64,000 nucleotides of DNA, taken from Amphiscolops sp. MND2022. Its lineage: Eukaryota. The position numbers were made by a program, and so were the translations under genes. The notes below the pieces were generated by a model, which saw only the letters and a list, made by a program, of their open reading frames with translations, was not told the origin of the DNA and did no database searches. The stretch spans positions 41,542,001 to 41,606,000 of the forward strand of contig OZ076409.1 of the NCBI GenBank assembly GCA_964187785.1. The letters are read 5' to 3'. Position 1 is the first letter of the stretch, and each line of letters begins with the position of its first letter. Positions 50,701-63,369 of this stretch are shown in pieces.

Positions 50701-51409
50701 AATTTAGTTGCAAAACTTTTCTCATCTTTAGCGGATCATAAAAAAAACAAAAAAATCCCGGCAAAAACTGTTCCTAGTTCCACCATAACGTCAATGCTGT
50801 TTCACATTTGAGAAAGACGTTTGGTAAGCGCTTTCATTTTGGATTCGAATTTCCCAAAAAATCAGTCTCGGGAAACCAGTTAGTGGCTAGTCCACTGTAT
50901 ACCGCTCCCCAAGAAAGTTTTTCAACCCTACGACCCCCAGTTCCTCGTGCTGACATGACACAATCGTGTTATGAATATGCTTCCAAATTTTCAGGAAACC
51001 CTCGTGGACTTAAATTGCAACCTAATATCGGCTTGCAATTGGTTTAAGATGTTCAACTTTTGCCTGATCAGGTTGATAATGTTTCCGATTAACTTCACGT
51101 CTCTCGATTGTTTCACTCATTCATTTCCTCCAAAACGATTGATTTTATATACTTTTGCAGTAAAATATAAATTGATGATGTAATACGTTTCTGGCAAAAT
51201 TCATCCATCTTGTACGATCATAAAGTGAGGCGCTGGCGAACGGTGCTGCTCTACATTTATTCGGATTCTTCTGTGATTTCTAACAATATTGTGTTTGGGG
51301 TATTCACTTAATAGATCTGTTCAATTCTGATGTATTCAACTATCCTACCACCTGAGGACACTTTTCTTTGACTGTCTGATGGTATTTCTCATGGGGCCTG
51401 AAGTGTTCT

Positions 51410-51600
51410 AAACGAAGGAAGTGTCACATCTAAAGTGAACCATTACGTGAATGCTCTCGAGAACTTTGAACTTTTATCATATTAAACGTCATAATATTTT
51501 AAGTATTTGATTTGTATCAATCAAACTGATAAGACTAAATATAACTAGCACTATTAGTTTAGATCAAAAGAAATATATCTCGAATATAAATCAGCAGCGT
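51410..51600 (+). repeat. PPT and start of a probable 3' LTR of the env-bearing element
   Basis: AAACGAAGGAAG immediately followed by TGTCACATC at 51422; LTR end not defined. Confidence 0.55.
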
Positions 51601-52544
51601 TTTCACTTACCAAGGATTGTTGCTCATGCATCCAAAGTTTTGTCCGCTCGCCACCTAAGCTCTCCTATCAATAGAGCATGAAACAACTCTGAAAGAACAA
51701 GAGTTATGACTCCATACATCTCTCTAATCACTTGACCAGCACCACCATCAACATCTGGTGGCTTCGAAATGTTCAGAAGATTTTAACATTCAGTCAGAAA
51801 CAGTCGAATTTTTTGATAAGAACAAGCCGGAACTGCGTACGTCGTTGTTCGATACCAGAAGACACGTAGCATAATTATTCAATCGATCTCAGGGCTTTTT
51901 ATCAGGAAATTATTTGCTGTCACATATTTGACATTTTTGTTGAATCATCATCATCAACATCAGATGATTTCAATATATTTCTAGTCAAGTTGTTATAACA
52001 TCTTGTGGAGGCCCAAAGGATAAGGTACTGTTCTCAATGTCTTTTCAACATCAAAATCTCTTAGGAAAATCCCAAATTGAGACTATTTTTGACTTTGATA
52101 TTTTTGAGTTTCACATATTTGTTCGAGTGGTTGTTTCACCATGCATCTCTCTAATCACTTGACGAGCACCATCATCAACATCTGATGGATTTGGAATCTT
52201 TCTGATCAATCGATATAACATCTTGTGGTTTAGGACAGAAGTATAAATTATTGTTCTCATCAGCTGTTTAACATCAAAAGCAGTCAGAAACACCCGAATT
52301 TTATTGAAGATCAACTGGATATGCATAAATGAGAAACGTTACGTCGTATCAGGACAACCTTGACGATTGGATCCTCATCGTTGTGGAAAGTGATGTCTGC
52401 TATGGGCTAACGAGATCTAACATGCTGAGTAGGAGAGCATGGAGTCTGTTCAAATGTTTTGGAGCAAAGCTTCAATCAAGTGAGAAAAAGGCGGGAAAAT
52501 GGAGCAAAGAGTTTTCTTACATTAACCGACCACGCCTGTCATTT

Positions 52545-55500
52545 GATGGTAGAACTATTCGAGGGAGTCGCACACCCTCGTAACAAATTACACTATTAAT
52601 AAAGCTAATCATTTATCTGCGTGTGAGTTTGTCATGATAGACTTTGAGCTTTTTAAAAAACCACAGGGGAAGTTTTTCAAAGATTTTGTCATTTGATATT
52701 TTACCGAACTCCAGACCATGGAATTTTCCATTAATATTTTTACGATAGCAGAAGTAAAAGAAATCGGAAGGCGAAGTGCTTTTGTCAGCCAACTCTGTAC
52801 GTGATCCGAGTACCTACTGAAAAAGATTCAGATATTTTGTTCGACAGTGAGTATGAGCGTGGGATTTAAATTTCTCAAGCTGCCGACGGCAATTCAATTC
52901 TCGTGCAATGAATTGTCGTTCAAGCCAGTGTGAATTATGCATTCGTACGCCGAATTCATTGAAATGAAACAAATTATTGTTAATTATTCGTTTCCCGAGA
53001 GCTTCGCCTACATTCAAATCCGAATGCGAAACTTCTTGTACGCTTTGTAGTTATATTTTTCTAGTCCGAGAATAATCAAAGGCGTATAAACTTAGTTATT
53101 AATTGTGCGCTTTTAAATGGGAGTGTTGGCTATGGCAGCTATGCTTCTATAGTTGAAACTGAGAGCTCAAAACAGAAATAATAATGGTGGCTTTGAAATC
53201 TTTCTGATCAAGTCGATATAACATCTTGTGGTTTAGGACAGAAGTATAAATTATTGTTCTCATCAGCTGTTTAACATCAAAAGCAGTCAGAAACACCCGA
53301 TTTGTATTGAATATCAACTAGTATGCTTAAATGAGAAATGTTACGTGTTGTCGGGGCAACCTTTATAATTGGATCCTCATTGTTGTAAAAACTGATGTCT
53401 GCTATGGGCTTACAAGGTCTAACACGCTGAGTAGGAGAGCATGGAGTCTGTTCAAATGTTTTGGAGCAAAGTTTAGCCTCTTGGATTGTATTACATGGAA
53501 TAGAAACGCTGCCTTGCAAGAAGCATTTCTTGGCCGAGCAGGGTACCGAATCCATCCGCGCCTAGATTTGAAGCGCCAAAAAACTAGCACATCCCATGCC
53601 AAAAACTGTGCAGTTGCTAGCTTCTGAACAAAATTCCAGCTACCTTTCGATGTTCTTTCAAAGACAAAAAGATTGTGGGGTTTTCTTGCATAAAAGCTTT
53701 CACCCAAGGCTCACTCACAGACCCATTGGAAGCACATTCTGCTGCCAACTGCCATTCGTTCAGACGGTAGCCTAGGATTTCCAATGACTTTTGCCGTCAC
53801 TCTTCTGAAATTAATTCTTTTCCAATTGCTTTTTTGTTGATTTAAGCGCCGCTCTATCTTTCTTTTTGTCTGAAACACATCACTGATTTGGGTTTATCTT
53901 CCATCGAGAAAAAATTTATGATGTCTAGCTCCAACCACTCTGTTTTCCAGTTAGGGGATAAAACACGCTGGAAATCCAACATTTGCCTGCGCCTTCGGCG
54001 AAAATTGAGCAACCAGCGAGCTCTGGTTCACCTAAACCCACACTAATATTTCTATGATAATCATCGGATATTTTGACGAATTTGAGGCCTACCTTGGCAC
54101 ATGATTTTTTCCTTGCTGCCTCCGATACACTCGCTGCTTTTTCCCATCGGCTTCCCGCGTGTAACCTCCAAAAACATTGTGGACAGTCATGCAAATACCT
54201 GACAAATAAGTGAGAATTTACTGGTTTGTTGAAAATTCCCGATAACAACAAAACAGTTTCAGTGTCACTCACCCGTTCACAGCTCTTTCCAATTGAAATC
54301 GGCAAGACGAACCCTTTATCTGACAGCGCTTTTCGTAGGATATTGACTCCCTTCATAGGTTCTTTTTCTAAATGGGACTTTGTCTTTGTCACATTAAACC
54401 TGCATCGTCTCTAAGACTGAAGTGTTTAAGCGGTTTCTGCCAAGTTACTTTTTAAGCGTGCGACTGACAAATTACTGGATCCAGAGTCCCCGTCTTTTTC
54501 ATTCGGCATATTGCCTCATACATTAGCGTCTTTTCGAACCTTGACCGGAGAGCCGACTTATGCTGTTCCCTGAGGCTTCCATCCTAAGAAATGAATATCT
54601 GTATCAAGTTGAAGTTGTGTTCGAGAATACCGAGTTTATTATTAGTCCTGCTCCGAGTGTAAGACCACCCTCAATTGTTATCACTCGCTCTAAAACAAGC
54701 CCGAATTAACATAGTTGGCATTACTCGGGAAAATTAAAGCATGAATTATAAAGGGAGAATAGCGGTATTGAAGTTTTGTCATCAATGCGCGATAAAAATT
54801 TAGACAAGTGTGAGAATACAAGTGTATTTTCAAGTTACTCAAAATCTGAAATATGACTGGCTGCCGAGTTATACCCAGCAAGTCCGTGTTGAATTGTCGG
54901 TAACTTCTATTTCTATAATTTAAAAATTATAGACATTTTCCTTACCGCTAATTTTACGAAATTGTCTATTAAAAACGAAATTGTCTAATAAAAAGTTAAA
55001 ATTGGAGAGTTTTTGTTTGAATCAATTGCAATTTGGGCTCTTATTCCTGGGAAAAATAATTCAAATAATTTAAATTCCGATTATTGAATGTATATCACTG
55101 GCCACTGGATAAAACTCAGCTGCGCCTTGAAGGATATATTTTGTGAGATAAGGAAAATGGACTTTTTGCCAGGCCTGCATTATGTTTGCAAAGTTTTCCA
55201 TCATATCCTAGTATTCACGTATTTGATTCTCTTAGCCGCTATTTCAGATTGGTTTTGTTTACTTAAATGACTCAACGCGCTTGTAAAAATTACGGCGTGT
55301 AAAATCGTAACATTGGTGTGCAGAATAGAACAACCGTGAATCCGTGATACTGGCTTGAAATCGGTAGTCGATAAAACATCAGAACGCGTTTTCTCATTTT
55401 AAAAAAATATCGCCAGCTGATGGAATTGAACGAACTAAACCATTTTAATTTCATTTTTCAGAACAAAATGGAATATCTGATGGAACCGAGTCAATTTCCA

Positions 55501-55755
55501 GCTCAAATAATGAGGAGTCAATTGTGTCAATTTCTAAGTCTGAATATCACAGGAACAGTCCAAAAAAGAGGAAGAGTCAAGAAAAAAAGGAAATAATTTT
55601 TCTGCACTTTCAGCTCGTGAAAGAGCGACTGAGCCCGGATATGCAGATAGAAAGTTTTCTATGCAGATAGGCGAAAACTCTTCTGTACAGTTGTGTGCAA
55701 AAAATGTGACATAAAGCAAAGCGATTTGAATTAAAAGCATCAGGTGCGAAAAAGC
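52545..55755 (+). repeat. Segmental duplication, copy 2
   Basis: Matches 44876-47860. Confidence 0.95.
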
Positions 55756-55851
55756 GCTGTATTTTCTTCAAAATGAGCATAGCAATATTCTTGAAATTTC
55801 ATGTAGTTTACAATTGTTTGCTTGGAATTTCTATCACCAATAGAACTCGAC

Positions 55852-56368
55852 TACGATTGAATGTTACTTAAGACTTTTGAAGGTAGAATTATTCGTTTTA
55901 CAGGAAGAAGACTATCCAATTTTCCTCAGCTTTTCCGTTTAATCTATTAAATTTTTTAAAGCTGGTTAATTTTTTAACCGGTTACCCTAGTTGAGACTGA
56001 TGGAAACTTTTTACATGCTGCAGGACTGCATGCAGGGTAATTTGTCCATAAAACCTAGAAAATTCAGTAAGATTCCGGTGCCTGATCTTGTTGAATTACT
56101 CAGAATTTTCCACGACTATAATTAAAGATGAAATAACTTCCCACTTCGTTGCTGACACGATCATGTTTAATTCACAATTCGATTTCTCAACTATTCATCT
56201 TATGTTATCTCCGCTTCCCACGCTAATGTGCATTTATTACGTGACTGAGATTAATTTGTTTAAAAATTGCCAAAGTGTGAAAAGTTCAAGCAAGTTCGAC
56301 CAGGGTTACATCTAGGCTGTACAGTTGTGGATCAAATTGTTCGGCCACTACACAAAAGGCTTCAAAAA
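55852..56368 (+). repeat. ~510-bp direct repeat, second copy at ~62836-63346
   Basis: ACGATTGAATGTTACTTA ... CACAAAAGGCTTCAAAAA is shared with high identity. Confidence 0.9.
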
Positions 56369-56695
56369 GCTGATCTCTCATCTGATGATATCACCACTTC
56401 TCGAATAGCATGCCGAAGATGGCGCTAATGTGCAGTTTATTACGCGACTGATGTTAATTTGTTTTGAAATACAAAATTTGTTACCTTCTCAGTTGCATTT
56501 GAAATAAGAGCTAATGCATAATGGAACCTGTAGAACTTCACGACTTGAAATTGCCGCCAAAACTTTGAATCTTTCAATAAGCTTAATAAGAGTCAAATAA
56601 CAGGAGGCAAATATTTTTGTATTAAAAGTTTCCGTAAGATTTTTAGGGAAAAGCTCAAGCAAAGGTAACTGATCTAGGCTCTACGATGTAGAATG

Positions 56696-58699
56696 AACAA
56701 CCCGTGAACGGCCCAAATTGGCGCCCGCGCAAGGTTCAAAAAAGTAAAGTTTTTTCAATATGCAAAATGATACTAATGTTAAAATTTCACCAATTTTACA
56801 GTGCCAAAAATACCCGAAGGGATACGCATGTGACTCGAAAACCTTTTTCACCGACGGGAAGCAGCAAAAAACCCATGTTGCTCAACCGAAAACCTCTCAA
56901 AAAATGAAAAATTGAAAAAGTTTACTTTTTTTCAAAAATGTCCCCGGTAAGTCGCGTAGTGCCGAAAAGGCCAAGGAGTCCTCTCAGCGCTCAAAACCTT
57001 TGGTCTCATAGTGCCGAAAAAAGTGAAAGGGGACCCTTTGGGATTTTTAGGAGTCGGAAAAAATATTCGACTACTTATGCAATCGTGTTGTTGTTTTTTT
57101 TTCTCCCGACCTTTTCATGAAAATTTCAAATTTCTCAAAAACTGTCTATACGATTTTCACGAAATTTTGCACAGTCATTCTACACCCAAAGGGGCCCCTG
57201 CGTGTGCAAAGGCATCAAAATCGTATGGCTGGGATGTGAGAAACATAGCCAAAATTAGCCCAAAAATGGCCAAAAAAACAGTCATTTTTCGACTTTTTTC
57301 GATTTTCTCAAAAACTGTCCATACGATTCGAACGAAATTTTCTACAGTTATTCTACACCATATTAGAGTCCTATATGTGCAATGGCATCAAAATCGTATG
57401 GCTGGGATGTGAGAAACATAGCCAAAATTAGCCCAAAAATGGCCAAAAAACAGCCATTTTTCGACTTTTTTCGATTTTCTCAAAAACTGTCCATACGATT
57501 CGAACGAAATTTTCTACAGATATTCTACACCATATTAGAGTCCTATATGTGCAATGGCATCAAAATCGTATGGCTGGGATGTGAGAAACATAGCCAAAAT
57601 TAGCCCAAAAATGGCCAAAAAACAGCCATTTTTCGACTTTTTTCGATTTTCTCAAAAACTGTCCATACGATTCGAACGAAATTTTCTACAAATATTCTAC
57701 ACCATATTAGAGTCCTATATGTGCAATGGCATCAAAATCGTATGGCTGGTATGTGAGAAACATAGCCAAAATTAGCCCAAAAATGGTCAAAAAAGGGCCA
57801 TTTTTCGACTTCAGAAAAAAAACCTAAGCCGACTCCTTTACCGCACATGCGGCTCTGGTTTAACATCCATTCTGTCGCAAAAATATGCAAAAAATTGAAG
57901 GGTGACCCTTTGGAGACATTAAAAAAATTTCCAAGAGTCTCACAAAGCAGAAAAGGGGGAAGTCTCGTAGTGCCCAAACAAGCCGGGAACGGCCCAAGTC
58001 GGCGCCATATCCAAGGCTCAAAAATAGCAAAAGGACTTCAAAGTGCCAAAGTATTTATTGGTGAATTGGGGACTCTGATGATTTTTTAAAAAAAAACTCT
58101 CACAATGCCAAAAAAGACTAAAAGGGAGGACCCTTTGGGATTTTTCAACATCCATTCTGTTGCAAAACTCCATAAAAAACTGAAAGGGAGGTTCCTTCGG
58201 GATTTTTCAACATCCATTCTGTTGCAAAACTCCAAAAAAAATTGAAGGGGGGGCTTTCGTGGTGAAAAAAGTTTTTTTGAAAAAAGTCGCACAGTGCCGA
58301 AAAAATGGACCCGTTTGTCTCGTTCGGTATTGTATGGCACGCGGGAAACCTTTTTGGTTCAGTTCCTTGTGCTAACAGGTACATTTTGGCGTCTTCTGAA
58401 AATTTTGTAGAACTTTTGGTAGAACTATTTGGTCAGTTCAGGTGGTCTTAAAAAACACTGACGAAAAGCCATGACTATAGTCGACTCTTTTCTAAAGAAA
58501 AGCGCCGACTAAAAAGTGGAAAAGGGGACCCTTATGCTTTGGAATATTTTGTATCTCATGTTAGAGGCTTTGGATGCGTTCAAAATCAAGTACTAGGTAC
58601 TTCTGGTAAAAGTGCACAGTGCACAAAAAGTTGATCAATCGCGTTGAGCTGACGAAAAAAAAACTAGCCACTGTTTCTTCGAAAACGCCGGCTAAAAAA
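56696..58699 (-). mobile_element. Family A copy (reverse) hosting a family C copy and a second reverse family A copy (57977-58515)
   Basis: Reverse 3' ends at 56696 and 57977; reverse 5' ends GCGCCGACTAAAAA (58515) and CGCCGGCTAAAAAA (58699). Confidence 0.75.
57045..57860 (+). mobile_element. Family C Helentron/DINE-like copy with an internal 172-bp tandem array (~3.5 units)
   Basis: subTIRs AGGAGTCGG / CCGACTCCT; 3' hairpin CCGCA-CA-TGCGG plus CTCTGGTT; GGCATCAAAATCGTATGG at 57211, 57384, 57556, 57728; inserted in the T run of host GGGATTTT|TAACATCC. Confidence 0.8.
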
Positions 58700-60840
58700 T
58701 ATTGAAAGCGATATATTATATAAAAAGAACGCCCAGGATCCATTGAAAACCGTCATAAAATTTCAATTTTTAAACGAAGTGCAGGAGAAAATCAATTGTC
58801 TCGAAGAATTACTGCTATACCTAGTCTTAATACATGTAGAATAAATCGATTATACGAAAAGGTAACTTTTCCCTATCATCGTCAACATAACCGTAGCAGC
58901 GTTCTTAATTATCGCTCCATTGCTTGAAATATCAATATTGAAACCCAATTATTTCGTAAACTGTCACAAATGCAAAAATTGGTCAGGTACAAGTTTCTTA
59001 GAATTTCAACTAGTTCACAAAAATGTTTGAAATCTTAACGAGTTTGAATTTTGACTTTTTCTAAAATGGAATAGCTTGAAATCTAAATTTTCGGTTTTTT
59101 GATCGGAGACTCCTTATAGTCTTCAGAACCTACTGAATTGTCCCGATTGAGATTTTGTGTCAATGCGTCAAATGTATTATTAAGATGGGCTATAAGAAAT
59201 TTATTTAGAAATTTGATGATAGGTTTTGAAATCTCACAGGTTTTCCAATCAAATTATACTAGCATCCTCAGATTTGGGGGAAAACTTGCCTAAAATATTT
59301 TTTCAGCTTCAAAATTGAGAAAAAGTGCAAATTTAATTAAACTTCGAGAAATTTTAAAATGCCAAACTTTTGTAATTTTTGTCGCAGAACTTTCAAACAA
59401 AACTACAAAAAAAATCTAATAAACTTTCCTTGCTGATATTTTTTGTATTACTGGCAGTTGTAAAGATATTTAGTTACGAAATTGCTGTTTTGAGCAATGG
59501 AATTGCGATATTTTAGAGCACTACTGTATAGAGCTGAAACTTCTATAGCCTCGACAGTGAATTCGTCCTCAAATGAGGACAACTATTTTTTTCGCCATCA
59601 ATAAAAATCACGGAACAAAAAACATAGGAAAACAAAAGTTTGTCCTTATCGACAATCTATTGATCTAACTGGGGTGAGTTGTTATTTGTGTCACTGCATT
59701 TTTTTGCGAGCCTCCAAAAAAATTTACTGGGAAAAAGTGAATTTTTGCAAAAAATTACATTTTTAAACATTTGCTTTTCTCAATAACTGAGCACCTGTTT
59801 CCTAAGTTACTGCCCCACTCCAGTAACACAGTAGGCCACCATTGAAAACTCATATGGACCATTTTTTCAATGAAGCTCCAGCTATGAGTACGACCAGCAT
59901 TTGAAAGGCCCGGCGAAGACAAAAAAAGTCAGACAAAATTCTATCAAGACTTTTCTAAGAAACTTTTCTTCCTTCAAAAGACTGTTTAAAATATTCAGAA
60001 AATCAACAAAGAGAATGTCATTTTCACAATTTGTCGTTATTGCCTAGAAAAACGTCAAATAATTTTCTTTCAAAACTAAATGAAATTCTAAGAAACAGGC
60101 GTTTCCTTCAAAATCCTGAAAATATTCAGAAAGTCAACTAAAATTCAATTCCCAGCTTTTAAAAGTCCAAAAGTTGTGATTTGATTGACAACTACAATTC
60201 CTAATACATATGAGAATGTCATTTTCAAAATTCGTCGTTATTGCCCACAAAAACAAACAAAATTCTTTCAACTAAATGAAATTTCAAAACTTTTCCAAAA
60301 ACGGCAATTTTTTATTATTTTTCAACAACTTTGAGAAAGTTTGCAAGAATATTTCTGATGTCCCATTTTTACTCACAGCACTGTAAAATTTGCATTAAAG
60401 CCGTTTACCACAGTCCTCAGGGAACGCTAAAAGGTAATATTTTGTCAGAAAGACAATTGAAAAACGCCAAAGAAGATTAAAAACTCGCGAGCAATCTGGG
60501 CTGTTCATTTCTGAGAAACTAGCAGATCCGACCAATAGTGATAAAATTGCGCGTTCAGAAAATTTTAAATGAGAAGGTTGACGTTTCGGTTAACATGTCT
60601 GAAACAATTTCGAAGTCCGTGAAGATATGCATTAATATTGCACCATCTGCAGAATCAGCAGACAAAAACGAACAAATACTTCCATTCAGCTTCAAAGCAT
60701 GGTTTTCTGCAAATGTTTCGGGAAATAGAATTTCTTCCTCAGTGGCCTGATTGAAAAGCTATCGGCCGAATTTATTGTACTATGTAAAGAATAATCAAAT
60801 AAGCGTGAGAAGTTTCTGAAAACTTTTTTCTCACCGTCTG

Positions 60841-61318
60841 TTTTTTAGTCGGCGCTTTTCTTGGGAAAGGAGTCGACTATAGTCATGGCTTTTCGTCAGT
60901 GTTTTTTTCGATACACCTGAAGTGACCAAAATAGTTCTACCAAAAGTTCTACAACTTAAATATCATCTGTTGGCCCAGGGAACTGAACCAAAAAAGTTTT
61001 TCCTTTTTTCCGCGTAACATACATTACCGGGCGAGACTAAAGGGTCCCCCTTTTAGTTTTTTTGGCATTGTGCGACTTTTTTTTCGAATTTTTTTTCACC
61101 AAAGGTTCCCCCTTCAGTTTTTTTCGGAGTTTTGCGACAGAATGGATGTTGAAAAGTTCCAAAGGGTCCCCCTTTCAGTTTTTTTCGGCATTGTTAGACT
61201 TTTTAAAAAAATCATCAAAGAGTCCCCAATTCACCAATAAATACTTTGGCACTTTGAAGTCCTTTTGCTATTTTTGAGCCTTTGATATGGCACCGACTTG
61301 GGCCGGTCCCGGCTTGTT
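60841..61318 (+). mobile_element. Family A copy
   Basis: TTTTTTAGTCGGCGC ... GGCACCGACTTGGGCCGGTCCCGGCTTGTT. Confidence 0.8.
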
Positions 61319-61455
61319 ATTTCTCGAAGATAGGGCCGAATGTTTTATGTGGTAGAGCCTGGAGTAGTTAAGCTTTTTTTGCTTAACCGATTAATCAGTG
61401 TAAATAATTGGAAGACTGATAAGATATCTGGAATACTGAAGATAAAGTAAAGTAA

Positions 61456-62485
61456 TTACACTTGCGATAAGCAAGTGTTATGGGAAAGTGCGGGCGCTTT
61501 TTTTCCGGGCGACAACTCTCGTTTCACGCGGCAAGTCGCACAGTTCACGCGTTCGTGGTCTAGTGGTAAAGATGTTTGCTTTCAAGAGGATTTGTGTTCG
61601 AACCCGTGCGTATGCGCTAATTTTTTTACAAGTATTCCGAAGCAGAAGGTTCTAACTTTTTTCGGCACTATGGGACTTCCCCCCTTTTTCGGCTTTTTGA
61701 GACTTTTTTCCAAAATTTTTTAATGTCCCCAAAGTGTCCTCCTTTCAGTTTGTTTGATATTTTGCAACAGAACAAAAGTTAGAGAATCCCAAAGGGTCCC
61801 TTTTTTCGGCACTATGAGACTGTCAAAATTTCTCATTTTTTGTTTTTCGCAAATTTTTCGAAAGACTCCAAACGGTCTCCCTTCAGTTTTTTGAAATTTT
61901 GCAACAGAATGGATGTTAAAAAATCTCAAAGGGCCCCCTTTTACAGTTTTTGGCATTGTGAGATTTTTCAAAAGGAATAATTTTTGTCTTAAAATTAGGT
62001 TTTCTCAGGCCCAGCACGCTGTATCCGATTTTCGTTTTTTCAGAGAACGGTGTTTTTGTATGCGACTTTTTTTAAATTCGTTTTCATCGAAGCCCTACTC
62101 AATTTTTACAAACGAAACGTTTTGCGAGCGTAAATGACTCCTCAGCGTTTTCGGCACTATGCGACTTACCGGAGACCTCCATCAAAGAAGTTTTCGAAAA
62201 ATTCCGAAAAATTTTTCCCCAATTTTGTTTTTTTTTAAAATTCAGTTAAGAAAGATGGGTTTTTTTGCTGTTTCCAGTTGGGGAAGAATGGTTTTCGAGA
62301 CGTATGCGTACCCCTTCGGGTATTTTTTGGGGCTGTAAAATTGATGAAATTTTAACATTGTCCTTTTACCCTTGGTTGTCCGTATGATACCGTATCATAC
62401 GGCAGTGACTGCTTATTTGGTTTTTTTTGGAAAGTTCACAACTTTCTTCGCAAGTGTTTGCGAAGCACGGCTTCGCCTCTGTGTT
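61456..62485 (+). mobile_element. Family D Helentron/DINE-like copy containing a tRNA-like segment and family A-type internal repeats
   Basis: 5' ACACTTGC-GATAA-GCAAGTGT; 3' subTIR CGCAAGTGT plus hairpin GCGAAGC-ACG-GCTTCGC and CTCTGTGTT. Confidence 0.75.
61549..61617 (+). other. tRNA-derived (Glu-like) sequence with A and B boxes and a downstream T run
   Basis: TGGTCTAGTGG (A box), CTTTCA anticodon-like loop, GTTCGAACC (B box), T8 at 61621; stems degenerate. Confidence 0.6.
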
Positions 62486-63369
62486 TAAATGAGGTCTTGT
62501 AAATAATTTGTAGTGATACAATTCGATTTTTTTAATAATGAAAATCAGTACGTTGTTTCTTTCATTTCTAAACTTCTGAACAAAAGTTTTCAAAGTTCGT
62601 TAGTAAACAGTACTGCCACTAGTCTCTCTAATTCGTTCATAGAACTGTGGGAACTCGTTTTTTCTACCGGCAGGGGTGGGCATCCACTATAGTTTTATCA
62701 CTATTATTAAAGGTTTTTTGAAATGCTGAAAGATGTAAACAGCGTTGTTGAACGAAGGGAATGTTTTTTTTTTCAAAGAGGACCCGAGACAGCACTTTGC
62801 TGTGTCAATTTGATAAGGTCCTGGTCTAGACCACCACGATTGAATGTTACTTACGACTTTTGAAAGTATTATCATTCGTTTTGGAAGAAGACTATCCAAT
62901 TTTCCTCAGCTTTTCCGTTTAATCTATTAAATTTTTTAAAGCTGGTTAATTTTTTTAACCGGTTACCCTAGTTGAGACTGTTGGAACTTTTTGCATGCTA
63001 CAGGTCTGCATGCAGTGATTTTTCCATAAAACCTAGAAAGTTCAGTAAGATTCCGATGGTTACCCTCGGTGAATTACACAGCATTTTCCACGACTACACT
63101 TAATTATGAAAATAGTTCCCACTTCGTTACCGACACGATCATGTTTAATTCACAATTCGATTTCTCAACTACTCATCTGATGTTATCTCCGCTTCCCACG
63201 CTAATATGCATTTATTACGTGACTGAGGTTAATTTGTTTAAAAATTGCCAAAGTGTGAAAAGTTCAAGCAAGTTCGACCAGGGTTACATCTAGGCTGTAC
63301 AGTTGTGGATCAAATTGTTCGGCCACTACACAAAAGGCTTCAAAAAAAGTTTTGTTGAATACCAGACGA

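Noticed and set aside
57011..57775. Repeated ORFs (MASKSYGWDVRN...)
   Set aside because: By-products of the 172-bp tandem array, whose unit length is not a multiple of 3.
60538..60750. Possible exon on either strand
   Set aside because: No recognisable domain or consistent splice pair.
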